The position numbers were made by a program, and so were the translations under genes. Below are positions 32,230 to 45,667 of a stretch of 64,000 nt of DNA, one piece after another. This DNA comes from Octopus vulgaris (taxonomy: Eukaryota). The stretch covers positions 17,546,001 to 17,610,000 of the forward strand of contig OX597840.1 in the NCBI GenBank assembly GCA_951406725.2. The letters run 5' to 3'. Position 1 is the stretch's first letter. Every line of letters starts with the position of its first letter. The notes under the pieces were generated by a model that was not told the origin of the DNA, made no database searches, and saw nothing but the letters and a program-made list of their open reading frames with translations.

Positions 32230-32468
32230 TAAGGCAGCGAGCTGGCAGAACCGTTAGCACGCCGGGCGAAATGCTTAGCAGTATTTTGTCTGCCTCTATG
32301 TTCTGAGTTCAAATTCCAACAAGGTCAACTTTGCCTTTCATCCTTTTGGGGTCAATTAAATAAGTACTAGTTACACACTGAGGTCCATATACTCGACTTA
32401 ATCCATTTGTCTGTCCTTGTTTGTCCCCTCTGTGTGTAGCCCCTTGTGGGCAGTAAAGAAATAAGAAA
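32230..32468 (+). mobile_element. SINE family B (other copies ~2025-2240, 10325-10535, 27270-27500, 28925-29150, 53330-53535, 61855-62065)
   Basis: AAGGCGGCGAGCTGGCAGAA..GAGTTCAAATTCC..GCCTTTCATCCTTT-GGGGTCGAT-AAATAAGTAC consensus repeated. Confidence 0.85.
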
Positions 32469-32961
32469 GTATACAATGAATTATAGATTTTGCTGCTCAG
32501 GTGAGAAACTAGCATATCTTATTCTGTTGTGTCTAGGGAGAATCATTTTCTTTTTGTGCCTTATAATTTAACACACTCACCTGTAAAATTTTTACTTATT
32601 TCTTATTTTTATTTTTAAGTAAATTAGAACTGAAAGAAAAAGACCCTCCCCAGACACAACAGAATATGCTTCAACACACAAACTCACATAAAGAATCTTG
32701 CAAACCAAATCTAAAAACGAAATAGCATATCTTATATAAGTGAAAACAATTTCTAGTCTAAAATCTCAAAATATAATCTTGTATTAACATATACCCTTCT
32801 GAAATTTTTGTTCCATATTTATGTTAAAATACTCTTCTTTTTCAATCAATTTTTAAGATAATGAAAAATAATAAAGTGACTCGATTTTGCATCCACATAC
32901 ATGAAAATAAAGTTAAGGCAAGTCTTTTAAACAGCCTGTTTTCTCCTTCTGTTAATGGCAG

Positions 32962-33145
32962 GCGTATGCCCAGCAAGAGACTATTGGCATGCCTCCCTTT
33001 TGTGTTGGACCTGCTACATTTGGGATGAGGAAAAATTTGGTTGGAGTAATAGAAGTGAGGTTTGAACCTCAAATGGTTGGCAGATATAGCTGTAAACTGG
33101 CCATTGTCTGTGATAATTGTGAGGTGAAATACTTCACCATCATAG
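32962..33145 (+). CDS. DLEC1: DLEC1-like exon
   Basis: AYAQQETIGMPPFCVGPATF...IVCDNCEVKYFTII; the CDNC motif is conserved in DLEC1; cAG / GTAAG. Confidence 0.95.
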
Positions 33146-33289
33146 GTAAGTGAAGCTGTTGCCTGTTTTTTGCTGTCTTTATGTGTCCTCGTTTCTATTT
33201 ACCTGTGTGCTATCCACATGTTTCTCTTGTCCAGTTCATGTTGTTCACATGAAGGGTTCATGTCTACTTGCTACTCTTGTAAACTCTTT

Positions 33290-34240
33290 TTCTCTTGTGG
33301 CCATGCTGGAGCACCGCCTTTTGTTGAGCAAATTGACCACAGGCTTTATTCTTTGCAAGCCTAGTACTTATTCTATCGGACACTTTTGCCGAACTGCTAA
33401 GTTATGGGGGCGTAAACACACCAGCATCGGCTGTCAAACGATGTTGGGGGGACAAACACACACACACAAACATATATACACACATACATATATATACATA
33501 TACATATATACGACGGGCTTCTTTCAGTTTCCGTCTACCAAATCCACTCACATGGCTTTGGTCGGCCCGAGGCTATAGTAGAAGACACTTGCCTAAGGTG
33601 CCATGCAGTGGGACTGGACCTGGAACCATGAGGTTGGTAAGCAAGCTACTAACCACACAGCCACTCCTGCACCTATAACTGTCTGTGTGTAATGTTTTTT
33701 TCTGTGTGCACTGATTTATAAGATCACTAGGTTTTGAGTTCAGTCCCTCTGAGTGACACCTTGAGCAAGTATCCTATGAAAACCCTGGACTGACGAAAGC
33801 CTTGTGCTTAAATTCTGCATTATCTTGAAGGAATTTTCACATTTTGCATTAATGCAGACATGTAAGTAATTTATCTATTATTAGGAGTGGCTGTGTGGTA
33901 AGTAGCTTGCTTACCAACCACATGGTTCTGGGTTCAGTCCCACTGCGTGGCACCTTGGGCAAGTGTCTTCTACTATAGCCTCGGGCCGACCATAGCCTTG
34001 TGAGTGGATTTGGTAGACAGAAACTGAAAGAAGCTTGTCGTATATATGTATATATATATATATATGTTTGTGTGTTTGTGTTTGTCTCCCCATAACTTAG
34101 CAGTTCGGCAAAAGAGACCGATAGAATAAGTACTAAGGCTTACAAAGAATAAGTCCTGGGGTTGATTTGCTCAACTAAAGGCAGTGCTCCAGCATGGCCA
34201 CAGTCAAATGACTGAAACAAGTAAAAGAGTAACGAGTAAA
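33290..34240. mobile_element. Inverted SINE A pair (33290-33675 minus, 33882-34240 plus)
   Basis: Two near-full copies head to head, ~200 bp apart. Confidence 0.88.
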
Positions 34241-34851
34241 GAATATAAATTATTTATATGCTTTTAAGTTACAAAACAATTTGTTGTGATATTAGAATTA
34301 TCTTACTGTCGAATAAAATTTCATCCTATTAGTTCTCTATCATGGCTCAATGGTTAGAGCATCGAGCTTACGATCGTGAGGTTGTGAGTTCAATTCCTGG
34401 ACCGGGCTGCATATTGTGTTCTTGAACAAGACACTTTATTTCACGTTGCTCCAGTTCACTCAGCTGTAGAAATGAGTTGTGACATCACTGGTGCCAAGCT
34501 ATATTGGCCCCTTTGCTTTTCCCTGCTGGATGAATTTGGATGAAACTTTCAGGGATGTTTGGTCTTGTGACTGGCACGAACTGATTAGATTTTGGGATCG
34601 ATCTGGTAATGGACAAGGATTCTTGATTATGTTCCCTGTTTTATTATTTAATTTCTGAGAGCGGTTGGGTTCATTTTTAGTATTCTCATTTGTGAGAGCA
34701 GTTGAGTTTATTTCAGATATTCTCATTTTAAAAATCATCTCCTGCTAACCATTGAGAGGACGTTGGTGTTGCTTTAGTGGAAATTTGCACTCTCCGAGTG
34801 CTCTTGTTGTTGTTGTTGTTGTTGTTGTTATTATTATTATTATCATTATAG

Positions 34852-35014
34852 GCCATTGTCAGAAAGCCAAAGTAATGTTAGCGGAGCATGAAGGTCTCTG
34901 TTCTAGGCCACTACCAAATGAAAGCTATGATAGTTTGGCCCATCATCTTATCAGGTTCAAAGACACAAATGTTTACTCATATGAGCAGAAAACAATTACA
35001 ATAAGGAACTGCAC
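34852..35014 (+). CDS. DLEC1: DLEC1-like exon
   Basis: GHCQKAKV...DSLAHHLIRFKDTNVYSYEQKTITIRNCT; tAG / GTGAGT; phase 1-2. Confidence 0.92.
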
Positions 35015-35299
35015 GTGAGTATTGTACAACTAACCCATAGATCATGAGATTTGTTGGTACAAATCGAAACTTATCTTTCTTAATTAATTTCTTTTTCTTT
35101 TTTCATTATTTGTGACAAAAGCTGTATTAGTTCAAAATAGCATTCTGTATAACATACTTGATGCAGATATAATGTTAAAACTGCAGTTTTCAGGATTTTA
35201 CTTGGCACACTGCTTCATGAAGGTCACTGCTAGGTCTCACTAAGCATGCAACCATGTGTTGCTATCAGTTGGCACACTACAGAACTAGGCAAGGGACAT

Positions 35300-35443
35300 T
35301 ATTTACATTTGACAGATATTTGTCCCCATCTTGTTTGTTGTTAACTCAATGTTTTGGCTGATATACCCTCCAGCCTTCATCAGGTGTCTTGGGGAAATTT
35401 CGAACCTGGGTTCTCATTCCTATGGTATTTTTCAAAGTTTTTG

Positions 35444-35481
<38 letters not shown>

Positions 35482-35718
35482 GTTATTATCATTATTATTA
35501 TTATTATTCAGGTCACTGAATAATAATAATAACATTGAAAAATACCTTAGGAATGAGAACCTAGGTTTGAAATTTCCCCAAGACACCTGATGAAGGCTGG
35601 AAGGTATATCAGCCGAAACATTGAGTTAGCAACAAACAAGATGGGGATAAATATCTATCAAATGTAAATAATATAAATAATGTACATAATTCCTCATCTC
35701 TTAAATATAGAGCTGTAG
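35300..35718. mobile_element. Fold-back element with a hammerhead motif in each arm and a (TTA)n/(TAA)n centre
   Basis: Arms ~35300-35435 and ~35535-35670 are inverted; GACAC-CTGATGA-AGGCTGG..TCAGCC-GAAA; second copy at 62916-63381. Confidence 0.8.
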
Positions 35719-35811
35719 TCCAGGCACTTTACCAAACCACCTTGTGTGTATATATATATATACACACATATATATATATATATATACACACACATACATA
35801 TATATATATAT

Positions 35812-35857
<46 letters not shown>

Positions 35858-35983
35858 CATAATATTAATAATATATATATATATACATATAATAATATAA
35901 ATAATATATATATATTATTTGTATTATTATATGTATATATATAGACACACATATATAATAATATAAATAATATATATTATAAT

Positions 35984-36540
35984 ACTAGCTTAAGATGACC
36001 CACTCTACGCGAGGGTAAGAGTGTGGTTGTTACTTTCTGTTGCTTCCTTTCTGTTTTTCATTACCACATTCTCCCTCTTTGTTTCTCTCCCCTTTCTCTC
36101 TTACTTTCCCACTCTCTTACTCTTCCTTTCTCATGGACTTTCCCTCGCTTTCTCTTACTCTCTATCTTTCTCTATCTATCTCTCTCCCATTTATAAACAA
36201 AAAATCTTGAATTTGTTGAGAAAGAAAAGTATTTTGAAAGATCAATCATAAATATCAGGCAGTGACAACGGAAAGGTCTGCTTCAAGGCAGACAGCAAAA
36301 CACTAACATTTAGCTAAATTCTATATTTTTATGCAGCTGAAGATTGCTCTACATTTTAAAATTGATGTAATTTTTGCATTGTTCAATTAAATGGAGTCGC
36401 GTGAAACAATCGTACTGCATTACCTCTTGATATCCTTGTTGCTTATTTTGATTGAAATCACCCCATTTTGAATTATATGGATAATACCACGCTAAATTCT
36501 TGTGCCTTTAACTTAAGTACCATATTCAAGTGAATCTAAA
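35984..36540 (-). mobile_element. Helitron-like fragment
   Basis: Minus-strand 3' end CCCTCGCGTAGAGTGGG..AAGCTAG; the other boundary is uncertain. Confidence 0.45.
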
Positions 36541-36652
36541 TTTTACTGAACTTATATATATATATACACTTATATATATATATATTTACATATACATGCA
36601 TATATATATATATGTATGTATATATATATATGTATGTGTGTGTGTATTTATG

Positions 36653-36695
<43 letters not shown>

Positions 36696-36828
36696 GTGTG
36701 TGTGTGTGTATATATACATACATACATATATATATATATATATGATATATATGATATATGATGATGATATATATATGTATATGTATATATACATACATAT
36801 ATATATATATACATACATATATATATAT

Positions 36829-36885
<57 letters not shown>

Positions 36886-36917
36886 CATAAATACACACAC
36901 ACACACACACATACATA

Positions 36918-37307
36918 CAGTAGAACCTCGCAGTATTGAGTGCACCACTGTGCAAGTAATTTGCTGTGTGAACCAAGACTTGTGTGGATTTTTGTCTTGA
37001 AATACAAGTGAAAATCTGCAGCATGAGAACACAAATCGTCCTATTCTTTAAGGTAATCCAGATAATAAAAACCAGTTTACGGATTTCTTTTGCATCCTCT
37101 TTTTCATAATTGTCATTTTACGTGTAACTACGTCTTTTCTGTTTTAAAACCCATAAAAAAATTATTTTTGAGTAGTTTTAGCCGGCTGGAACAGATTAAT
37201 TATATTTTAGTTAATTTCAATGGGGGAAAATTGATTTGCAAAACAAGTAAATCGTAAGATAAACTTGGTCTTGGAACGAATTAAACTTGTGCTGCGAGGT
37301 ATCACTG
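36918..37307. mobile_element. Tigger/pogo-like MITE
   Basis: TA|CAGTAGAACCTCGCA ... TGCGAGGTATCACTG imperfect TIRs. Confidence 0.65.
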
Positions 37308-37308
37308 A

Positions 37309-37344
<36 letters not shown>

Positions 37345-37465
37345 CACACACGAACACACACTTGACAGGCTGCTTTCAGTTTCTATCAACCAAATTCATT
37401 CCCACGGCTTGAAACTTTCTTACTACTTTTGTCATGTCTTTTTCCTCTCTGAACCTCTTCTACAG

Positions 37466-37640
37466 GAGCATAGACTTTCCATTTTTCTGGTTCCCAGTGA
37501 AACCAGATTTTCAAAGAGGTAACGATTTGAAACCAAACAAAATTGCAGAGAAGAACAGCGCTTTCCGTGTCTTCCCAAACTGTGGTCGTTTAAAGGCCAA
37601 CGCTAAAAAGCAATTTCAGATAATGTTTGCACCTGAAAAG
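37466..37640 (+). CDS. DLEC1: DLEC1-like exon
   Basis: SIDFPFFWFPVKP...SAFRVFPNCGRLKANAKKQFQIMFAPEK; cAG / GTAAGT. Confidence 0.92.
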
Positions 37641-37930
37641 GTAAGTCTTTCATGTTATGTGCAGCTTGTTGCACCAGTGTGCATTTTTATAATGTTTGTT
37701 ACTTAACCCCAGGTCTGCTCTGATGGCATGGACATTCAAATAGAAAACATATTTCTGACCTTTTGGGATGGTTTTTTTTTATTCAGATATAGCAGGGGGT
37801 TTGTTTGCAGTCTAAATTGTCCAATATATTTGTTGCATTATTTAAAATGGGAAGGGTTTGATTTGAGGAAGATTTGACAGCTATTTCTAGCATGACTAGC
37901 GAACATATAACAAAAGACTTTTGTCAACTC

Positions 37931-37967
<37 letters not shown>

Positions 37968-37987
37968 TCACAGAGTTGAGCCAACAA

Positions 37988-38385
37988 ATATCATCATCAT
38001 CTCCATCATCACCATTGCCACCATCATCATTGCCATTATCATCATCACCGTCATTGTCATCACCATCATCATCATTACCGTCACCATCATCACCACCACC
38101 ACCACCATCACCATCATCACCACCACCATCACCACCACCACCACCACCACCACCATCATCACCACCATCACCATCATCACCACCACCACCACCACCACCA
38201 TCACCACCACCACCACCACCACCACCACCACCACCACCACCACCACCATCATCACCACCATCACCATCATCACCACCACCACCACCATCACCATCATCAC
38301 CACCACCACCACCACCATCACCACCAACACCACCACCATCACCATCATCACCACCACCACCACCATCACCATCATCACCACCACC

Positions 38386-38443
<58 letters not shown>

Positions 38444-38450
38444 CCATCAT
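37988..38450. repeat. (CAT/CAC)n trinucleotide tract, adjoining an RTE 3' end
   Basis: Direct inspection. Confidence 0.95.
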
Positions 38451-38569
38451 TTAATGTCCCCTTCCCATGCTGGAATGGGTTAGATGGTTTGATGTGAACA
38501 GACAAGCCAGAGGGCTGTGCCAATCTTCATATTTACAAGAAATATGTATATTTCTATTATATAGACACT

Positions 38570-38644
<75 letters not shown>

Positions 38645-38829
38645 TTGCATACACACACACACACATATATATATATACACACAGGAGTGGGTGTGTGGTA
38701 AGTAGCTTCTTTCAGTTTCCGTCTCTACCAAATCCACTCACAAGGCTTTGGTTGGCCGAGGCTATAGTAGAAGACACTTGCACAAGGTACCACACAGTGG
38801 GACTGAACCTGGAACCACCACCATCATGT

Positions 38830-40830
38830 TTTTCATATGCCAGTAAGACGACACTGGTAACGATCATGCTCGAATGGTGCTTTTTACGTGCCACTGCCAT
38901 GGGAGCCAGTCAACTCTTAATGTTCCACTAGCATGGATGCCACTCAGGCGGTGCTGTCATCAGCCACGTCAGCGAATTTGATTTCAATTTCACTTGCCTC
39001 AACAGGTCTTCGCAAGCAGAGTTTAGTGTCCAATGAAAGTTAGGTATGCATAAATGGGCTGGTTACACCACTGGCATAGGCCAATGGTTATGGTCTCTCT
39101 TGTCTTGCCAGGTCTTCTCAAGCACAGCATATTTCCAAAGGTCCCAGTCACTAGTCATTGCCTCAGTGAGGCCTAATGTTCAATGGTCGTGCTTCACCAC
39201 CTCATCCCAGGTCTTCCTGGGTCTACCTTTTACTCTGATTGAGAGGCCCTTTGTCACCAGCAGAGGTAGGAGCTCTGTGAACTTTGCTGCGGCTATTCTT
39301 ATTCTAGCTGCTACACTTTCAGAGCATCTACCCCGGCTACTGACTTGGTCACCTAGATAACGGAAGCTATCAACTAATTCTAGTTTTTCCCCCTGGAAAG
39401 TGACGGAAGTTGTTTTCTGCAGATTTTCAGTGTTTATTGCTCTTGAGCATCTGCCACATACAAAAACTATCTTCCCAGTTAGCCTTCCTTTGATATTGCT
39501 GCACCTCTTATGTGTCCATAGCTTACACTGGGTACATCTTATAGAATTTCTACCTACACCTTTTCTACAGATCGAGCAGGGCCATCTACCTGAAGGCATT
39601 TGTGGTTTGCCTACCTTCCTACTGATTACGACTTTGGTTTTAGCTAGGTTGACTCTGAGGCCCTTCAATTCTTATCTTTGCTTCCACACCTGAAACTTCT
39701 CCTCTAGTTCTGATAGTGACTCAGCAATTAGAGCAAGGTCATCAGCATATAGGAGCTCCCAGGGGTATCCTGTCTTGAATTCCTCTGTTATTGCCTGGAG
39801 GACTATGATAAATAACAGGGGGCTAAGGACTGAACCTTGGTGGACCCCTACCTCTACCCGGAATTCTTCACTGTAATCATTGCCAACTCTCACCTTACTG
39901 ACAGCATCCCTGTACATGGCTTGCACAGCTCTCACTAACCATTCATTTATCCCTAGTCTCCTCATTGACCACCAGATAAGGGATCGGGGGACCCTGTCGA
40001 AAGCTTTCTCCATATCAACGAAAGCCAGGTACAGGGGTTTGTCTTTGGCCAGGTATTTCTCCTGCAGCTGTCTTACCAGAAATATAGCATCACTGGTGCT
40101 TTTCCCTGGCACAAACTCAAACTGCATCTCATCTAAGCTAACTCTCTCTCTAATTAGTTGGGCTATGACCCTCTCCGTAACTTTCATTACCTAATCCAGC
40201 AGCTTGATACCTCTATAATTATTTGTATATAAAGCGTCACCTTTACCTTTGTAGCAGTTGACTATGGTGCTGCTACACCAGTCATTGGGTATGACTCCTT
40301 TGTGTATCACCTGGTTGACTATACGGGTGACTAGGCTATAGCCAACACTGCCAGATATTTTGAGCATCTCTGCAGTGATTCCTGATGGGCCAGGGGCTTT
40401 CCCTGTCTTTATACTCTTAATTGCTTTATCTACCAAGGTAGATAGCTGGTCCCTCTGTTAGGTCGACAATCGGCAGACTCTCTTTCTCTCATTCGTTTTC
40501 TTTATTGAGCAACCTTTCATAGTGGTGTCTCTATACCTCTCTCTTTGCAGCCTTGTTTAATGCAAGTGAACCATCATCCATGCGGACACATTTCTCTCCT
40601 ACAACATCACAATTCTCTCTCACACACTGTCTTGCAACGTGAAATACCTCAAGTCTTTGGTCCTCACGGTGCAAAACATTGGCAAATTTTTTCTTATCTG
40701 CTTCTCCTCTGGCTAAATAAACCTGTCTCCTAGCTTCCGTTCTGGCAGTCTGGTACCATTCCTTGCTACCACCATTTTTCCAGTCCTTCCAAGCCTGTTT
40801 CTTTTCCCTAATGGCCGTGTCATCAACAAC
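38830..40830 (-). mobile_element. 5'-truncated RTE-clade LINE (RT, Cys/His finger, 3' UTR)
   Basis: GKAPGPSG, NYRGIKLL, AFVDMEKAFDRV, GVHQGSVLSPLLF, LLYADDL, FRYLG, GRPRKTW; stops and internal deletion. Confidence 0.92.
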
Positions 40831-42185
40831 ATTCTACCTCAGGTCAAGAGGGGACTTTGCATATATATATATATATATTCATTTAGAGGTTAAAATAGCC
40901 TCATAAAAGGATAGTAATATCCAATGAATTACTGGTTCATTACCTAATATTTGTGAATAACATTCATAAAATAATAGGTCTAAATATATATCCTGGTTTA
41001 TAAATATTCAAAAAAAAAAAAAAATTAAGAAAATGGAGATATACTATTAATATAATTTATTACTTGCAAAAATCTTGCAACTGTTTCAATTATGCCGAGA
41101 AGATTAAATAGCAATAATTACATTTCAATATTAGGCAAAATCTCATCAGAGAGGTAGAAAAGATATACCATTAGGTTATTAGGTGTTGTGTTTTCAAATC
41201 ATCTCAGCAGACTATATATATATAAACTGGCAAATGACCATTCCGAAATATAACAATATATATATATATATATATATATAAGAGGGATGACTACTAAGTG
41301 GACATCCATTATGCTAGCAGTAGATCTGATATGGTCTTACCACTAAGAAAGGAATGTTCTCAAGAAAATTTAGCAAACGCTAAAACGTTAGGGAGCAAGA
41401 CAAATGAAAACATACAAAATATACAGATTAATCACAAACCCAGTTTCGTTGTCACCACTTACATAATCACCTACGTAGAATGTCTGCAACTAGTGGTAAG
41501 ACCATAGAGGCTCGACTTCTGCAATAATGAATGGGCATCCCTCTTATATGTATGCAATATAATTCTTCTGATTCTTCAGATTTTTCTATATGCTGGACCA
41601 CTGGTTTTCAATTGACATTAATCATATTAATATTCAAATTTCACCCTTATTATTTAAAATTTATACATATATATATATATTCACTTCCTTTCCTTGCTGT
41701 ACTTGATCCTGATGGTGGTTCCAATGACATATTTGTTTCTGATTTGCTGTAAGAAGCTGCTACCCCCTTGCTCAAACCTTCTCCTTCTCTCCCTCTCTCT
41801 TCCCATCTCCCTTTCCACCTCTCTCTCTTCCTCTCCCACCCACGCCCTCTCTGAATTGTTCACATAGCACTGTGAATGTACGATGAGGGCCCTGTTTGCA
41901 ATGTCCCTTTCTGCTAAGAAATTGATGTTCTTTGGGTTAGGTATGAGCAAACTATTCTCATTTAGCATGTCAGAAGGACAAAAAAAAAAAAAACATGTAA
42001 AGAAACTATCAAAGACAGCAGAGGTGGGCACACATTTTAAGCTGTCTAGTACCAGTTAAAACAAAAAAACAGAAGTAAAGAAGTTAATTATAACTTAACT
42101 GTTATTTTTTCATGCAGATGGTGTCTCTGAATAATTTCTGTGAGCAAGCAAGCACTCTATTCCTTTGAATTATGTTTATTGACAG

Positions 42186-42330
42186 GTTGGTTCCTTCGAC
42201 TGTGTCTGGCACATGATACTTGAAGAGCCACCAAGTCACAAAGATTTTATGAGTGAGAGCGTTATTTTTTCTGATCGCCGACATTCTCTTCAGCTCCTGA
42301 AAAACATTGAGAAAGAACTCCAGAAACGAA
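42186..42330 (+). CDS. DLEC1: DLEC1-like exon
   Basis: VGSFDCVWHMILEEPP...ELQKR; cAG / GTATGT; phase 0-1. Confidence 0.88.
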
Positions 42331-43339
42331 GTATGTTCCTTTGGTTTATTCCTTTGTTTATCTTTTTTTGTTTGCAGTCTGTTTTTTTTTTTATGTTAGC
42401 ATGGGTCAGATGAATACTATATTTTCTAGCATACAAGTTAGACATATCATATAGTGTAGAGATGCTTTCTGTTTATACACCCAGGAGTGTGAGAGGTTAA
42501 GGGAGTAAACCCTTATAGAACATCTGGAGATGGTAGGGGCCTAAGGCTGTTGGTGGGGAGGACTGAGTCAAACCATCTTCTGGCAGCCCCTGGTGAAAGC
42601 TTCCATCTACTGTGTACCCAGGTGGCAGATAGGAAAAAAGGCCTTCAGGTATGAAGGTCACCTATGAATATAAAAATAAACAGCCCTGGACAAAGCTTAC
42701 CTTGAATAATAAACTTCAACGATAAAAAATTCCAGCCTTGAATTGTGGGATGTTGGTATGAAGTGGATGCAAGCTTCAACAGATTCATTGGGTCCAGGCA
42801 ATTTCTACTTCACCATAGGAGATCCTGTCTCTGCTAATGAGGAAATAAAATCATCAGGAGGAGTATGCGACCCCTAACAGTATTAATCTATTGAAATGCC
42901 AAAATGACATGGTTTACTAATGGCACTAGGGTTCAAGCCCCTAATCTACCACCTGTTGTCAATGCTTGCCAGGATCTCTCTGGCACTTCTGATTTCGAAT
43001 CTTGAAACCCTGATGGAAGAGATGTGGCTGATGGCAAAGATCAACATATTATCACACATCAACAACTTGATTGCAGACTCTGGCCTGGAGTGTATCCATG
43101 ACCTCAATGCAGTGATGTTGAACTGAGAGTCATAGCAAGTAGAATTTGTTGCTGCAGCCCAGAGTTGAAACCCAGCTTTAAGAAGATGTAGTGTACACAT
43201 TCAAATTTCATTTACTATCTTTCGAGATTCTTATGCATTACACATTGGATGTTTGGTCCTTCAAAGACACTTTGGTGTATATAAGTTGACCTACTTTTTA
43301 TTATTATAAAGTTTACTCTGAAAAATTCACCTTGTACTA

Positions 43340-43917
43340 AGATCGGCTGAAGAGTTCCTATACTGACTGCGAAGGAGTAATGCTAGAGCTGTGAAATATT
43401 GCATTGCATAAATTTCAGCTCTTCTTATTAATAACTCCATTGTTTCTTTCCAGGTAAACTGACTTCTGACTGTTCAAAGAAGACTTCAAAAGTAACTAGT
43501 TTCCACTTCTCTTGAAAATGGACAAAATTTGGCATTGTGGTTTTATCAAGTCCCTGCAGAAAAAGGGTTTAGCCCTCAAAGGCATTTATGTTGACATGGT
43601 TGCTCCATTAAGGGATTACACTCCAACTTTATCAACAGTGCAAAAGTGGGCAGTTGAGGGAGAGTCTTGAAGATGACCCAAGGTCTGGACATCCTGCATC
43701 ACTGAGGAAAACAGTTATTATGTTCACCACATGGTGATGGATGACCAGTGATTGACTATAAATCAAAGAACCAATGCTGTTAGCATATCCTGTGAGAAAG
43801 TCGAGAATATTCTGCACAATGAAAGTGGCACAATGAAGGTTTCCGTTTGGTGGGTGCCACATCTGACACCTGAGGAAAAATGCACCCAGCTGATCACTTC
43901 ATGGGAAAATCTGACAA
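43340..43917 (+). mobile_element. 5' fragment of a mariner (irritans/Himar1-like) transposase
   Basis: MDKIWHCGFIKSLQKKGL..STVQKWA..SLEDDPRSG..WVPHL. Confidence 0.75.
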
Positions 43918-44356
43918 AAAAAATTGTGCAGGGGTTAACAGTTCAACATGATGAAATGACTAGAAGAAAGAGACTGAGTAAAGGGGAGATAATAACAGTG
44001 ACCCAGCTGAACTAGGGTGTGCAGGCACTTGTGTATATGGAAGAATGGTGTGTGTGTGTGTGTGTGTGCTTGCGTTCGTGCATGCATAATATTTGAATTT
44101 TCGGTTTTCTGCAGTCTTATTCGCATTTTATTCATTCCCTAACTAGATGGGCATAGAACAACATGGCAGCCAACCCTCAAGATTTTTAGTGAGACACAAC
44201 ATTATCTATTAATGTACCTGATAAGAGCCAGACTGCAAAATCGATGCAACACAACATGTTGAACAGAGTCCAACTCATAAAGGTCAATAGCAGGTCGAAA
44301 CAGACATTGTACAGAATGAAGTTTAATACCAAATGCATTTTCTCATTACTTAATTA

Positions 44357-44399
<43 letters not shown>

Positions 44400-44978
44400 A
44401 AATAAGCAGAAAATGTAGAAAACTTTTGGTCAACAAGCAAGCAAATTGACCAGCATTGGTTAATTATTTTTTAATACAAAACATAACAGTTGCTTACAGC
44501 TGTTTCGGCTATGAATGTCAGTTGATGCCTACAAAGAAAATTCCGAAAATAATATTCATAATCTTCATAGTACATTCGATCTTGTTCATGGAGCTTCATA
44601 AGAGTGAACACAAACGCATAAAATAAAGGAAGGCAAGAGGAAAGAACAGGGCCTTGAGATGAAACAAGAAGGCTCCAATTAAATTAGAATCATATCATTT
44701 TGCAATGTGAAGCTTGAAGTTGATGGGCAAAAGAGTAAACTAGCAAATGAGCTAGAGAAATAATAACTCTTGTTTATTTTGTTATTACCTGTACTCTATA
44801 AGCTAGCATGCTTGCATTTCTATGCCCAGGGTTAACATAGGTAAATGATACTGGTAGTAAGAATGGATATTCTTATTCCTTAAACTCTACTTACCTATAT
44901 ACATACATATATGTAATAAAAGAGTAAAATTAATTAATTAATTAATAATTAATAATTTTACCAAGTAGTTTGGTATGT

Positions 44979-45324
44979 TATAATTATAATCAGGAGTCAT
45001 CTAATTGTTTTGCCACTTACCAAATTCAGAAATAGGAGTTAAATTCCTTTTCTACTACCATAAAGATCTCCCAAACAGTAATACACTTTTTTAGATAGGC
45101 AAAAAGAAAATATAACGAATCCACACGACTCAGATTAGCTACATATGCGTTACAAGATTAAAGTATGTAGTTAATCCGTGTGGATTCGTTATTGCTTCTT
45201 TTTGCCTACGTAAAAAGTGTGTTACTGTCTGAGAGATCTTTATGGTAGTAGAAAAGGCATTTAACTCCTATTTCTGAATTTGGTGCATGGTGAAGCAATT
45301 AGCTGACCCCTGATTATAATTATA
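44979..45324. repeat. Long imperfect hairpin (~165-bp arms)
   Basis: TATAATTATAATCAGG...GAATCCACACG / CGTGTGGATTC...CCTGATTATAATTATA. Confidence 0.9.
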
Positions 45325-45333
45325 GAATATTTG

Positions 45334-45378
<45 letters not shown>

Positions 45379-45379
45379 T

Positions 45380-45577
45380 ATATTGTTGTATTTGGGGATG
45401 GTCATGTTGCCAGTTTAACCAATGAAAACACACGCACTGTATATTTGGTGTTCACTTGCTTCAGCTTTATTTTATATTAATATGAAATAAAGTTGAAGCA
45501 AGTGAACACCAAATATACAGTGCGTGTGTTTTCATTGGCTAAACTGGCAACATGACCATCCCCAAATACATCAATAT
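45380..45577. repeat. Near-perfect ~200-bp palindrome without spacer
   Basis: ATATTGTTGTATTTGGGGATGGTCATG... / ...CATGACCATCCCCAAATACATCAATAT. Confidence 0.92.
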
Positions 45578-45628
45578 CTGTTTCAACACATGAGTTCACA
45601 TCAAGAATCTTGCAAATGAATACATAAC

Positions 45629-45664
<36 letters not shown>

Positions 45665-45667
<3 letters not shown>

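Noticed and set aside
42480-43200. Possible extra exon or nested gene
   Set aside because: DLEC1 exons 42330 and 47438 already join in phase; looks like highly decayed LINE sequence
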